Below are positions 14,340-25,980 of a stretch of 64,000 nt of DNA, one piece after another. A program made the position numbers and the translations under genes. The notes beneath the pieces are model-generated. The model was not told the DNA's origin, did no database searches, and saw nothing but the letters and a program-made list of their open reading frames with translations. The stretch lies in the NCBI RefSeq assembly GCF_009914755.1, contig NC_060927.1; one strand, given 5' to 3'. Source of the DNA: the human T2T-CHM13v2.0 reference genome, Homo sapiens. Within the stretch, counting starts at the first letter, position 1; every line of letters starts with the position of its first letter.

Positions 14340-14745
14340 AAGTGCATTTCATTCAAAAACACCCTACATGCCAGGTTCTCTGCTAAGCAAATTTGAAGAT
14401 GCATAGTTGAATCATGACTCACTGATTCAGCCTTTCATGAGCTTACAGGCTAGAAAAGGAAGTATAAACATAAATACATATCTCACAGAAGAATGCATTA
14501 CATCTACTACTGAAGAGGGATACAGACAGAAAACCTACACAGGTTCAGAGGAGGTTTGGAAGACTTCCAGTGAGGTTCTTACGAAGACATCAAGTGGTAT
14601 CTGCATGGTACTGTGCATGGACAAATGGCTGGAGTTTAGGCCTTCAGAGATGGGCCATTCACAGGGGCAAGAACAGCATCAACAAAGACATCAAGGCAGG
14701 AAATTGTGAATGTGTTTGGGAAGAATTAAGTGGCTTGGCTCAGCA
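14340..14745 (-). mobile_element. L2 fragment
   Basis: cattcaaaaacaccctacatgccagg... L2 3' end in reverse. Confidence 0.5.
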
Positions 14746-15309
14746 TGTACCCCTCTGAATATAAACATGACGCCCCGAGACACCTGTGAGAATGTCTTGC
14801 TCATCAATTGCAGGTCCAGCTGAGAGACACCCATGTCCACTGCCTGCTGTCTGTTATGATGGAGGATGAGCAAACATCAGGCAGGGAAGAACGCAGGAGT
14901 GTAATCTCTAGGGGCAGTGGGAGGGTGGAAGAGTCATCAGGGTTTTTTTCTGAGGAGGTCATGAATTGGGCCTATGATGCAGGAGCAAAGTCAGGGGTGC
15001 TTTTAACAGGAGATTTTAAGACCCAGGCAAAGCGGACAGAAAGATGCTGGGTATTGGAAACTAGTGAGCATGATCCGGCATCCTGATAAACTCTCCCAGG
15101 GCCCTTTATGGGAGCTCATACCCCCAGGTGTCAAGGTCTAGGATAGGCATGTAGCTACAGAACAGATTTTCATCCACTAAAGCTAAGAGAGCTCTGTGGT
15201 ACTGAGACCCATCAAGTCAGCTCCTCCTGCAACCAACCCAGCTGACCAGCCCAGCCTTACCTAAAGATCTATGAAGTATCCCAGGGGCTTTTCTGTTGTC
15301 AGTTGCTTA

Positions 15310-15460
15310 AATGGCACACTTTACTATCTGAGCAGGCTATACAGCCTCTCTATATCTCAGTTTCTCACCTGTAACGCAGGATGAATAACAAGATCTACTT
15401 CATAGAATTGTGTGGGTGAGGCGAGTTAATACATAGACACAACTTAGCATCGTGTGTGTC
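15310..15460 (+). mobile_element. MIR
   Basis: tctcagtttctcacctgtaacgcaggatgaataac. Confidence 0.6.
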
Positions 15461-16424
15461 GATCCTTCTATTTATGCATCAACTCCAAATTCCAGTGGGG
15501 CAGCTGCAAGCCAGATTGTCAAGAGCAGGGAGTCAGAGCGATGGGACACATCTCCCAGGAAAGGAGCATCCTGGTACCATTGGAGACACCCAGTACCACA
15601 GGCCAGCCTGCCACCTGGCGCTGGAGAACAGAGGGCCCCTCCCCAGCAGAGATCTCAGACCACACCACCATCATCACATGGAAACTCCCATCTTGAATCC
15701 AGGGATGGAATTAATACGTGCACAGGGAAGGAAAAAAATGTGAGTCTCTTGCCCCCCTTTTCAGTACCATCACATCCAGGGGGCTCTTCCCTGCAGCACC
15801 AGCTCCTTTTCAACCATGCGAGGAAATGGAATGGTTTTCTTGAAAGATTTTCTTGAAGAGGAAAATCTCTTTAGAAGAGAGATGATGAAACAATAGATGG
15901 GGAAGCATCTGAAGTGGAAAGGCTTTGGGTAGTAAAGGATCCAGGTTTCCAGATGGTATCCTTGGGGCTGCTGGGACCAACAGAGAGGATATGAATGTGC
16001 TGTCAAAGGAGGTTTTTCTGTTTGAGCAGCTACAAAGAGGAAGGCACTAGCATCACTAATGGGAAGTGAGAGGAAGCAAGGGGGGGCGCCCAGCGATGCT
16101 TTCAGATGACTGTCTTATTGACTACGGTTGACAGGATTGCTTGCGGCCCCGAGCCTTGAATCCCAGGATTTCAGAAATGCATGAGCTGGGCTGGACACTG
16201 ACCTACTTCTTATGGTCCATTCTCCTCCTGAGATATTTGTCTGCTCTTGAGCTGGCATATTCCTTTCCAGAGCCCTCGAGGTAATAGTGCATAACGAAAA
16301 ATGCTCACTAAATAAAAGACTCTCTGTTATTTGCTCTCTGTTATTATAAGGAATTGGTATTTAAATTTTACATCTCTTCTGGCCCACTCCATCTTCTCAA
16401 AGGAGAGGCATGTAACGAGGAAGG

Positions 16425-16547
16425 CCATACCTTCAGGTGTGGAAAGCCTGTCTTTGCGCCAGTTGTCCTGGCATAATTATTAACAGTGTCCACTCCCTTT
16501 TCTCTCCCACAGGCATCCTAGTTCAGTCCATAAATTAAAAGATCACC
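16425..16547. mobile_element. MER94-like (hAT-Blackjack) MITE
   Basis: ttgtcctggcataattatttaacag...cataaattaaaagatcacc resembles recalled MER94 consensus. Confidence 0.5.
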
Positions 16548-16604
16548 TGTCTTAGTTTGGGTTCCCTCAGCAGCCGACAGTGAGACAAAGATTAACCACA
16601 AGTG

Positions 16605-18135
16605 TGGTCATGAGCTGTGTAACTACCTTAGGTCAACAATGCAGCATGTATTGTAGTAGCTGCGGTAAGGTTGTAGCACAATACGTTATACATGTGTTTG
16701 TGGTGGTGCATATGTAAACAAACCTACTGAGCTGCCAGTCATACAAAAGGTTAGCGCATATAATTATGTATAAAACATAATACTGGATAATGATAATAAG
16801 TGACTATGTTACTGGCTTATGTATTTACTATGCTTTACTTTTTATTGTTATTTTAGAGTGTACACTTTCTACTTACTGAAAAAAAAATCTAACTGTAAAA
16901 CATTCTCAGGCAGGTCCTTCAGGAGCTATTCTAGGAAAAGACATTGTTATCACCAGAGATGACACCTCCCTGCATGCTGTTGCCCCTAAAGATCTTCCAA
17001 TGGGACAAGATGTGGAGGTGAAAGACAGTGACATTGATAATTCTGACCCTGTTGTAGGCCTAGGCTAATGTGTCTGTGTGTCTGAGTTTTTAACAAAAAA
17101 GCTTTAAAAATGAAAATAAAATAAAAATAGAAAAAGCTTGTAAATTAAGATATTAGTCAGTTTTCACAATCCTATAAAGAACTTCCCTGAGACTGGGTAA
17201 TGTATAAAGGAAAGAGGTTTAATTGACTCACAGTTCTGCATGGCTGGGTAGGCGTCAGGAAACTTATAATCATGCCAGAAGAGAAAGCAGGCACCTTCTT
17301 CACAAGACAGCAGGAGAGAGAAGAACGAAGCAAAGGGGGGAAAACCCCCTTATAAAGCCATCAGATCTCATGAGAACTCACTATCACAAGAACAGCATGG
17401 GGGAAACCGCCCCCATGATCCAATCACCTCCCTCCCTCGACACATGGGGATTAGAGGTCCATCTCTGCACACGTGGGGATTACAATTTGAGATGAGATTT
17501 GGGTGGGAACAAGAGCCAAACCATACCAGATATAAAGAAATAAAACATTTTTGTGCAACTGTACAAGACGTTTGTTTTAAGCTAGTTATTATAAGAATCA
17601 GAGTTAAGAAAAGTAAAAAGTTTATAAAATAAAAAAGTTATAATCAGCTAAGGTTAATTTATTATTAGAGGACAAAAAATATTTTAAAATAAATTTAGTG
17701 TAGCCTGAGAGTATAGTGTTTATAAAGCCTGCAGTGGTGTACAGTAATGGCCTAGGCCTTTACATTCACTCACTTGCTGACTCACCCAGAATCACTTCCA
17801 GTCCTGGGAGCTCCATTCATCATGAGTACTTTATACAGGTGTAGGATTTTTAATTTTTTATACTATATTTTTACTGTACCTTTTCTATGCTTAGATATGT
17901 TTAGATATACAAATACTTACCACTGTGTTACAATTGTCTACAGTATTCAGTACAGTAACATGCTGTACAGGGTTGTAGCCTAGGAGCAATAGGCTATACC
18001 ATATAACCTAGGTATGTAGCAGGCTACACCACCTAGGTTTGTGTAAGTGTACTTCTTGATGTTTGCACAATGACAAAATTGCCTGATTACACATTTCTCA
18101 GACCATATCCCCATGATTAATGTATCTCATGGCTG
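16605..18135 (+). mobile_element. Tigger3b (Golem) DNA transposon, split by a THE1 LTR
   Basis: gtaaacaaacctactgagctgccagtcatac, gtagcctaggagcaataggctataccata; terminal catggctg followed by TA. Confidence 0.85.
17150..17528 (-). mobile_element. THE1D/MSTA solo LTR
   Basis: ctgagactgggtaatgtataaaggaaagaggtttaattgactcacag ... gagccaaaccatacca. Confidence 0.88.
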
Positions 18136-19150
18136 TAGTTTATTTGGGAAGTGCAGTGAATATACTACTTGGAGACTAGAGAAATAAGACAAGGAAAGAA
18201 ACACAGCTAATAAAGAGTATGCTATTAAACCAGCTACCCCGGTGCAGAATGGAAGCTTAATCTGGGGGAAAATTCTGGGAAATGATATGAAATGCATGCC
18301 TAGAATTGTCTTACTCCAGGGACAGGGCAAAGGAGTTGGGGTATTTCTCCACCAACTCTTGAGTCAAAGAGCTGCTCCTGAGAGCTGTTAGTTCCCTACC
18401 ACTTCTGGCCTGCCTCATGAGCAGAATGGTCTTTTGTGGTTCTGAGAAAAAAACTCTCTCAAACACAGAGAGGCAGATTCCACACTGGAAAATCAGCAGG
18501 GGCCCATTGGAAAGTCTGAGGAATATGGATGGGCACTGACACCATCTGCCACATCAGCATGTCTTTAACTATCCTTCTGTCTATCACTTGGCTGGCATTC
18601 TGCCATCTCCAAGTTCACCAATAAAGTCTTGCTCTGTAAGTGCAATAAACTCTCTTCAACTTTCTCAATGGCTTTCTTGGTTCTTTTCACCACTACTCAA
18701 GCTTTCCCTCTTCAAACTCTACATACCTGACTTTTGTGACCCTGTTTTTTCCCTAATTCCTTGATGCTCCTATTGTCTTTGACTAATTGTGAGCATTTAT
18801 CAAAGGCTTTTTCTCTTTTTCCCTTGGTAATTTTCTGTATCCATGACATCAACAGTAACCTGCATGTAGATGGTTCCCAAGTTAATATTTCTCAAATCCA
18901 TGAACTTATTTAATCTATATAAAAGCTCTTTCACACCAAAGTCTTTTTAACTCTGAGTCTAGTGCTCTTTTCACTACAGTTTTATCAGCTGTGATTTCTC
19001 TCTGGAGACCTATCTTCCACATCTTGGTTGCCTGCTCAGTGTCTCTATTGGTTTGTTCTGCTGTGGTGTTAAATTCAGTGTGCTCAAAACTTGCTATTTC
19101 AGTTTGAGGATTTAGGTATACCAGTCCTCAGATCTAAAAACACTGGTTTC

Positions 19151-19987
19151 AAATTTACAAGAAAAAAAAAACCCATTAAAAAGTGGGCAAAGGACATGAA
19201 CAGACACTTCAAAAGAAGACATACATGTGGCCAAAAATCTTATGAAAAAAAGATCAACATCACTGATCACTAGAGACATGCAAATCAAAACCTCAGGGAG
19301 GCATCATCTCACACCAGTCAGAATGATGTTATTAAAATATGCTGGTGAGGTTGAAGAGAAAAAGGAATGCTTATACACTGTTGGTGGGAGTGTAAGTTAG
19401 TTCAACTATTGTGGAAGAGAGTGTGGTGACTCCTTAAAGACCTAAAATCAGAAATATCATTTGACCCAGCAATCCCATTACTGGGTATACCCAAAGGAAT
19501 ATAAATTGTTCAATTATAAAGACACATGCTCACATATGTTCACTGCAGCACTATTCACAATAGCAAAGACATGGAATCAACCCAAATGTCCATCAATGAT
19601 AGACTGGATAAAGGAAGTTGATGCATATACACAATGGAATGCTATGCAACCATAAAAAGAATGAGATCATATCCTTTGCAGAAGCATGGATGGAGCTGGA
19701 GGCCATTATCCTTAGCAAACTAACACAGGAACAGACAACCAAATACCACATATTCTTACTTACAAGTGGGAGCTAAATGATAAGAACACATGGACACATA
19801 GAGGGGAACAACACACACTGGGGCCTATCAGAGGGTGGAAGGTGGGAGGATGGAGAAGATCAGGAAAAATAACTAACGGGGACTAGGATTAATATCTGGG
19901 TGATAAAATAATCTTAAAACAAACCCCCAAGATGCAAGTTTACCTATATAACAAACCTGCACATGTACCCTTGAACTTAAAAAAAAA
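19151..19987 (+). mobile_element. L1PA15/16-like 3' end (ORF2 tail, 3'UTR, A-tail)
   Basis: aaaagtgggcaaaggacatgaacagacac; degenerate ORF2 C-terminal peptide MFTAALFTIAKTWNQPKCPS; atcaggaaaaataactaa UTR. Confidence 0.9.
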
Positions 19988-21009
19988 TGAGAACATAGTT
20001 TTTAAAAATTGTCCCTTAAAGAAGCTTTTGCCTCATGCCTTCCTGTTTTGATTCATTTAGTAGCTTCTGCCTGAGCAGCTTCCCCTCTCCTCTTCACCTA
20101 TTCCCATAGTCAAGACTATGTTTGCAAGTGGCATGAGCCTTACTTGACCACCATTAGGGAAAAGAAGAAAATAATTGGCTCAGTGGAGTAACTTGTAGGG
20201 AAAGCAGAGGTTCACTGAGCTTGTGAGAAAACTGGAACCAAGTTCTCCAATGTCATCAGCACTGTCTTGCTCTATTTCTAATCTCAGCTGCCTTTTCTCA
20301 GCCCAATCTCCTCTTAAAGCAGGATTCATGACCGGCAGTAGCTTTTCCTCACATCTCATGCAAGCAGGACCTCTTCCTCTCTGTTAGTTCCAAGTTGGGT
20401 GTGTGTCTTGTTTTTAAGAATTCTAATTGTCTAGAATTGGATTCTATGTCTACTCTAGTAGCTAAAGTGCAGAACGCTAACATTGGCAGCCTCACCCAGA
20501 ATAATCCCCAATAGTTGGAATGGGAAGGGGCAATTTCCAAAAGAAAGGGGGATACATTTCCAAAAGGGTAAGGGAGAAGTGCTGAGCTGATATGGCAATT
20601 TGTGTTACGTAATTTTACCTTTTTCGGAAATCCCAATTCCTCCATGAAGCCTTTTCTGGTATCCTAGCCCTATGTATTCTTTCCCTTGTTAGAATACCAT
20701 CGCATTTCTTGACTGTGATACTTATTTGTCATTTAGTCTTATCCTGTCTTACCCCATCTCTTCTGTTATTAAAAGGCGTTGCTAGTTTATGATTTATTTC
20801 TTTATTTTTAATGATTCACCTATTTAGATTATTTTCTCATTAGCTTGGCTATTGTCAGGCTGTAGGATTGTGTCTTAGTTTACTTTTTATCCTGTAAGTG
20901 ACCCAAGCATGAGACTTTTCCCAGACTGGGCTTGAAAACAGTTCGTCTGTTTGATTTGGTTCCTACTGGGCTGTCATCCATGTTGAACACATATCAACCT
21001 GGGAGGTCT

Positions 21010-21225
21010 GGTAGAGAAAAAGTCCTGTGCTGAGACTCAGGAGACCTGGTTTCTGATTCTCACATGAGCCGTGAGACGTAGGCCAAATCACAACTCTCTC
21101 TGTTTTATCGATTTTTCCATCTGTGAAATGATGACAAAAAAATATGCCCCAACTCTTAGGATTCTTGTCAGAACACACTGGGAGCAATAAAAAGAAAAGT
21201 GCTATATACATGCAAGGTATGTTTA
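21010..21225 (+). mobile_element. MIR
   Basis: tgagactcaggagacctggtttctga...tttttccatctgtgaaatg. Confidence 0.65.
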
Positions 21226-21871
21226 TTCATATTGATAATTGATAGAGAAAACTCAGATGTTCCCAGTAAGGTATCATTTTCAAGTACAACTCTTGCTACC
21301 ACGTTTGCATTTACACAATTGTTTCCCTCCCTAGATAAAACCACCTATCTGCTGGAAACATGAACCAGTGGTTAAGCCAACCATTAAATTAACTTATAAA
21401 AGCTTTGTGGAACTTTAAAGAAAATATAATAGTAAATTGGTTTCCAAAACTTTCTAATAGGAAAACTCATTTCTTTGGTCCCACGTGGCATCAAAGTGCC
21501 AAATAGGCAAAAAAGCCAAACTGTTAGAGTGGCTTTTTTTTTTTTTTTTTGGTTGGTTGTTTAATTTTGGTAATGAAGTGTTGATGTAATGTTCTTTTTA
21601 AACATCAACCTTTTCTTTCTCCTACTGCTAAAGAGTCCAGATTCTAATTCTCTTCTTTTAGTCAAGCTGCAGAAAACCAATTCAAATTTACTCACTACTT
21701 TGTGTGTACCGGATGCATGTAAGGGACTGGTCAATAGGGTTTATAGTGGCAATAAGGGTCAGCTGGGTCAAAAGGATCTTAAGGAGCATCCAGTCAAATA
21801 GGGAAGACAAATGGTAAACAACCCATTCTAATTATATCTACAATTATGCATATAACAATTCTCTAAAGCAG

Positions 21872-22290
21872 TATATGAGTCAGGGTGGGTTAGCCGATGT
21901 AACAAACAGCCCCAATTTTTAGTGTCTTAACATAGTAAAAGGTTATTTCTTACTCATACAAAGTCTAATATACTTGTTCCTGGTTGGATGGCTTTCTTCC
22001 AAGTGGGGACACAAGGGTCCAGGCATATTCTGTCCTGTGATGTCGCTGTCTTCAACTTATGGCCTGTAAAGTCACCATGAAAGGGGATAATAGCCTGGGC
22101 AAAGCACACAGGATACTTAGCCGTCTTAATCTGATAGTGACACACATGACCTCTGCTCATATTCCATGGCCACATATGTCCACCTAGTCACATGGAGCAA
22201 CTGAGATCCTGGGCAGCTGCTTCTCAGCCACAGTAGTACTATTCAAAAGGGACACATCTCTTAGGTGGATGACTAGCTGCCTCTGCCACA
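21872..22290 (-). mobile_element. MLT1J/K-like LTR
   Basis: gatgtaacaaacagcccc...ggttatttcttactcat ... ctctgccaca. Confidence 0.65.
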
Positions 22291-22298
22291 AGTAGTCC

Positions 22299-23094
22299 TG
22301 AGAGGTGAAGCCAGCTGGACTTCCTGGGTCGAGCAGGGACTTGGAGAACTTTTCTGTCTGGCTAGAGGATTGAAAATGCACCAATTAGCGCTCTGTGCCT
22401 AGCTAAAGGATTGTAAATACACCAATCAGCACTCTGTAAAAACACACCAATCGGTACTCTGTGTCTAGCTAAAGGATTGTAAATGCACCAATCAGCACTC
22501 TGTAAAAATGCAACAATCAGCACTCTGTGTCTAGCTAAAGGATTGTAAATGCACCAATCAGCACTCTGTAAAATGGACCAATCAGCACTCTGTAAAATGG
22601 ACCAATCAGCAGGACATGGGTGGGGCCAATTAAGGGAATAAAAGCTGGCCACCCCAGCCAGCAGCGGCAACCTGCTCGGGTCTCTTTCCATGCTGTGGAA
22701 ACTTTGTTCTTTCGCTCTTCATGATAAATCTTGTTGCTGCTCACTCTTTGGGTCTGCGCTACCTTTATGAGCTGTAACACTCACTGTGAGGGTCTGCGGC
22801 TTCATTCCTGAAGTCAGCGAGACCACGAGCCCACCTGGAGGAACAAATAACTCCAGACATGCCACCTTTAAGAGCTGTAACACTCACTGCGAAAGTCTGC
22901 GGCTTCACTCCTGAAGTCAGCGAGACCACGAACCCACCGGAAAGAAGAAACTCCAGACATATCTGAACATCTGAAGAAACAAATTCCAGACATACCATCT
23001 TTAAGAGCTGTAACACTCACTGCGAAGGTCCACTGCTTCATTCTTGAAGTCAGCGAGACCAAGAACCCACCAGAAGGAATAAATTCCGGACACA
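22299..23094 (+). mobile_element. LTR12 (ERV9) solo LTR
   Basis: tgagaggtgaagccagctggacttcctgggtcg ... ccggacaca; tandem gcaccaatcagcactctg units; three gagctgtaacactcactg units; 4-bp TSD gtcc/gtac. Confidence 0.95.
22381..22645 (+). promoter_or_regulatory. LTR12 CCAAT (NF-Y) array and AATAAAA core-promoter element
   Basis: Eight exact CCAAT (22381, 22422, 22447, 22488, 22554, 22578, 22602, 22626) plus one variant, then gggaataaaag. Confidence 0.7.
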
Positions 23095-23230
23095 GTACTA
23101 TTTTTACAAGTGGCAAAATTGAGGGGTTAAGTAACTTACCCAAGGTCATACAGCTGGTGTGTTGAAAAACCAGATTTGAACCCAGTCTGTTTGCCCTAAA
23201 GCTCATGTTCTCCTCACTCCATCACACTAA
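23095..23230 (-). mobile_element. MIR fragment
   Basis: ggttaagtaacttacccaaggtcatacagctgg...gatttgaacccag. Confidence 0.7.
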
Positions 23231-23904
23231 CTTCCTTACCATGGCCGTGTGACAGGCTCCAGGCCATGACTGGGCTCTGTCTGCATGATCTGCCCCTTGA
23301 ACCCATTTTTCCTGGTTTGTGCCAGTCTGGAAAGCTGGTCCTGCTGCTGCCTTAACTTCTGGTCTGATATTCTTCACAGCCCTTGGCTGTGACTTGGGGT
23401 CTTGCTAGTTTTCCTCAACTCTCTCCTCCAGATGCACTCTTAGCACTGGACAAAGTTTCCATCATTGTGACACAGAAAATCAAGAAATAGGATTAGAGCT
23501 TGTACAACTGCTGTTTGAAGAAGGTAGCGGCAATTTGCCTATATAACTTGAGGCACTTTCAGCAATAAAAACTAGTTGTATCATGTTATGGTTCCATTTC
23601 TTCCAGGCTAGTAAATGGTCAGTTTCAAAGAACAGACAGGGCTCTAGGAATTTAGATGTAAGAGACAATTCTGAGTTTGAAAAATGGAGCCAATTCATTT
23701 TGTGAGCATAAATATGTACATGGGGCTCCAATCAGAAGCAACAGGACAGATTTGTATAATGAACTCTCCAGCTAGCCCATCCTGATTCATACACTGTTTT
23801 AAGTTTTGGATGGACCACAGCAAAGGGCTGTGCTCACATTTACCCTGCCTGTTTCAGATGTATGGAACATCAGCCCCATCCATGAAACCCTGATTACTTT
23901 GAAT

Positions 23905-24463
23905 TCCAGTCCCTATGGCTACAAAGCAAATTAACTGCAAACTTAGTTTAAATAACCATGTATTATGCTCATAGATGTGTGGACCAATAATTCAAACTGA
24001 TAGGGATGGTTTGTATTATTTTTTCTAATTTCTGGGGTCTCATTGAAAGACTCAACAGCTGAGGGTTGAGATCATCTGAAAGCTTATTCACTCACAAGTC
24101 TGATGATTAATAATGGCATTGGTTGGGGGTCTCACTTCCCCTTCACATGGGCCTTTGGATATATCTTTCTATGTGAGCTAGTTGGGCTTTCTTACAAGCG
24201 TGGTGGCTGGATTCCCACTATGGACATCTTGAGAGAAAAAAGAGAGAGTCAAGCACAGGTAGGTTGTCTTTTTTCAGCTGTCCTCAGAATTCTGGAGCAT
24301 TGATTCTGCCACATTTTATTCATTGAGGCAGTCACAAAGTTCTCCCCAAGTTTAAGGGGAGGGAAGATAGACTCTGCCTCTTGATGGGGAATAGCAATGT
24401 CTGGAAGAATGGGTAGGATTTGAAACATTGCTGTGGCCATATTTGGAAAATCTAATTTGCCAT
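23905..24463 (-). mobile_element. MLT1G/H-like LTR
   Basis: ttctgccacattttattcattg...ggggagggaagatagactctgcctcttgatggg...ggaaaatctaatttgccata. Confidence 0.65.
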
Positions 24464-24499
24464 ACCTTGCTTTCATTTTGATCCTTAGATCTGGCTTAA

Positions 24500-24720
24500 A
24501 TATTAGTTGTCATATATTTGATACCCATGTGCCAGGTACCTTATTATATCTAATCCTGACCTCAACTCTTCAAAGTAGGTCATGCTATCCCTTTTATAAA
24601 TTAGGAAACTGAGACCCAGAGAAGTTAACTAACTTACCCAAAGACATGGAGCTAGCAAATGATAAAATTAAGTTGCAAGACCAAGCCTGAACCACTCCAC
24701 ATCTCATACTTTCCCCAACA
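24500..24720 (-). mobile_element. MIR
   Basis: aggaaactgagacccagagaagttaactaacttaccca. Confidence 0.7.
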
Positions 24721-25138
24721 GTTCCTATATGATTCCCATTGGGAATGACTCATTCCTTTAATGAAAGGAAAGTTTGGCAGGGGAAGGTTGGAGTGGTGGA
24801 GATGGGGTAAAGGGAAGTTCAGACACTTTGAGTTAATGGTAATTTCCATGAAGGTGCTTGTTCTAATAATTTCCACCTTCCCGAGTCCACATATCCTTAG
24901 AGCCCATCAAGTCAAGCTGATGTAATTTAAAACCCTCCCTGGTTTCCAAACAGCTGCAATATATTTACTTTGATTCTCCGCCAAGTATAAAATATTACTC
25001 AAAGACCACAGGACTGTATAATGTTAATGGGCAATGAAATCCACCCTTCTTCAGGTGGGTCAAGGAGAAACCATGGAAAGATTTTATTAGGATGACTAAA
25101 GTAACTCTTTATCATCTTGATCATTCAAATCAAGATAC

Positions 25139-25459
25139 TTTTTTTTCTTTTACTGTTTTGTTTGTTTGTTTGTTTTTTTATTCGAGACGGAGTCTTGCTC
25201 TGTTGCCCAGACTGGAGTGCAGTGGCGCAATCTTGGCTCATTGCAACGCCTCCTGGGTTCAAGTGATTCTCCTGCCTTAGCCTCCCAAGTAGCTGGGATT
25301 ACAGACATGCGCCACCATACCCGGCTAATTTTTGTGTTTTTAGTAGAGATGGGGTTTCACCACGTTGGCCAGGATGGTCTTGAACTTCTGACCTTGTGAT
25401 CCACCCACCTAGGCCTTCCAAAGTGCTGGGATTACAGGTGTGAGCCACTGTGCCCAGCC
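25139..25459 (-). mobile_element. AluSc/Sg-like
   Basis: Full dimer; gaccttgtgatcc; TSD aaatcaagatactt / aaatcaagaactt. Confidence 0.92.
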
Positions 25460-25980
25460 TAAATCAAGAACTTTTGAGAGTGAAAAGTGATGCTGTTAAT
25501 AATTATGCTGAAGAAGGCATGTGCTGAAGTGTTCTATATCTTGATCTGGAGAATAGTTACATGAGTGTGTACATATTTAAAAAATCGTTGTGCTGTACTC
25601 TTAAAAGGTATATACTTTACTGATGTTAAGTTATACCTCAACCACAATATCAATATAGTTATAAAATAATGATAATTATGCCAGGACAATGAGTGTAAAC
25701 AACTTCTCTCTCGGGCAAATAGGGACATATAGTCATCCTAGTCATGACCAGTTCCCAAGCTGGCCTCACTGGGGGTGAACAAGAAGGTGTTTATGGTCAG
25801 AAATGATTGAATTTCAAAATCAATATCCAATAAAGTTTTATCTTGGCTGAAGCCAACATCCCCTTTTCTAGACTTACACTCTACATTTTGTGGGATGGAG
25901 TGATGGTGAAGGTGGGGAGGAAATGGTGGTGGTGACATGTTGTGAATAGAGGTGGGGAGGGTGATGCTGTTGTTAGTGGT

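Larger units (their letters stand above)
16548..18553 (-). mobile_element. LTR16-like ERVL LTR split by Tigger3b (pieces 16548-16604 and 18136-18553)
   Basis: tgtcttagtttgggttccctcag...caagtg | tagtttatttgggaag...ccatctgccaca rejoin. Confidence 0.7.

Noticed and set aside
16076-16092. CTCF-like gcaagggggggcgc
   Set aside because: Only the 3' half matches; four mismatches in the 5' core
19091-19655. L1 ORF2 C-terminal peptides (also 30097-30440)
   Set aside because: Frameshifted fragments of 5'-truncated L1 copies; no functional ORF
22362-23094. Regularly spaced repeats resembling a CRISPR array (also 46796-46950)
   Set aside because: Eukaryotic DNA; units are intrinsic LTR12/LTR10 tandem repeats with no unique spacers or cas genes
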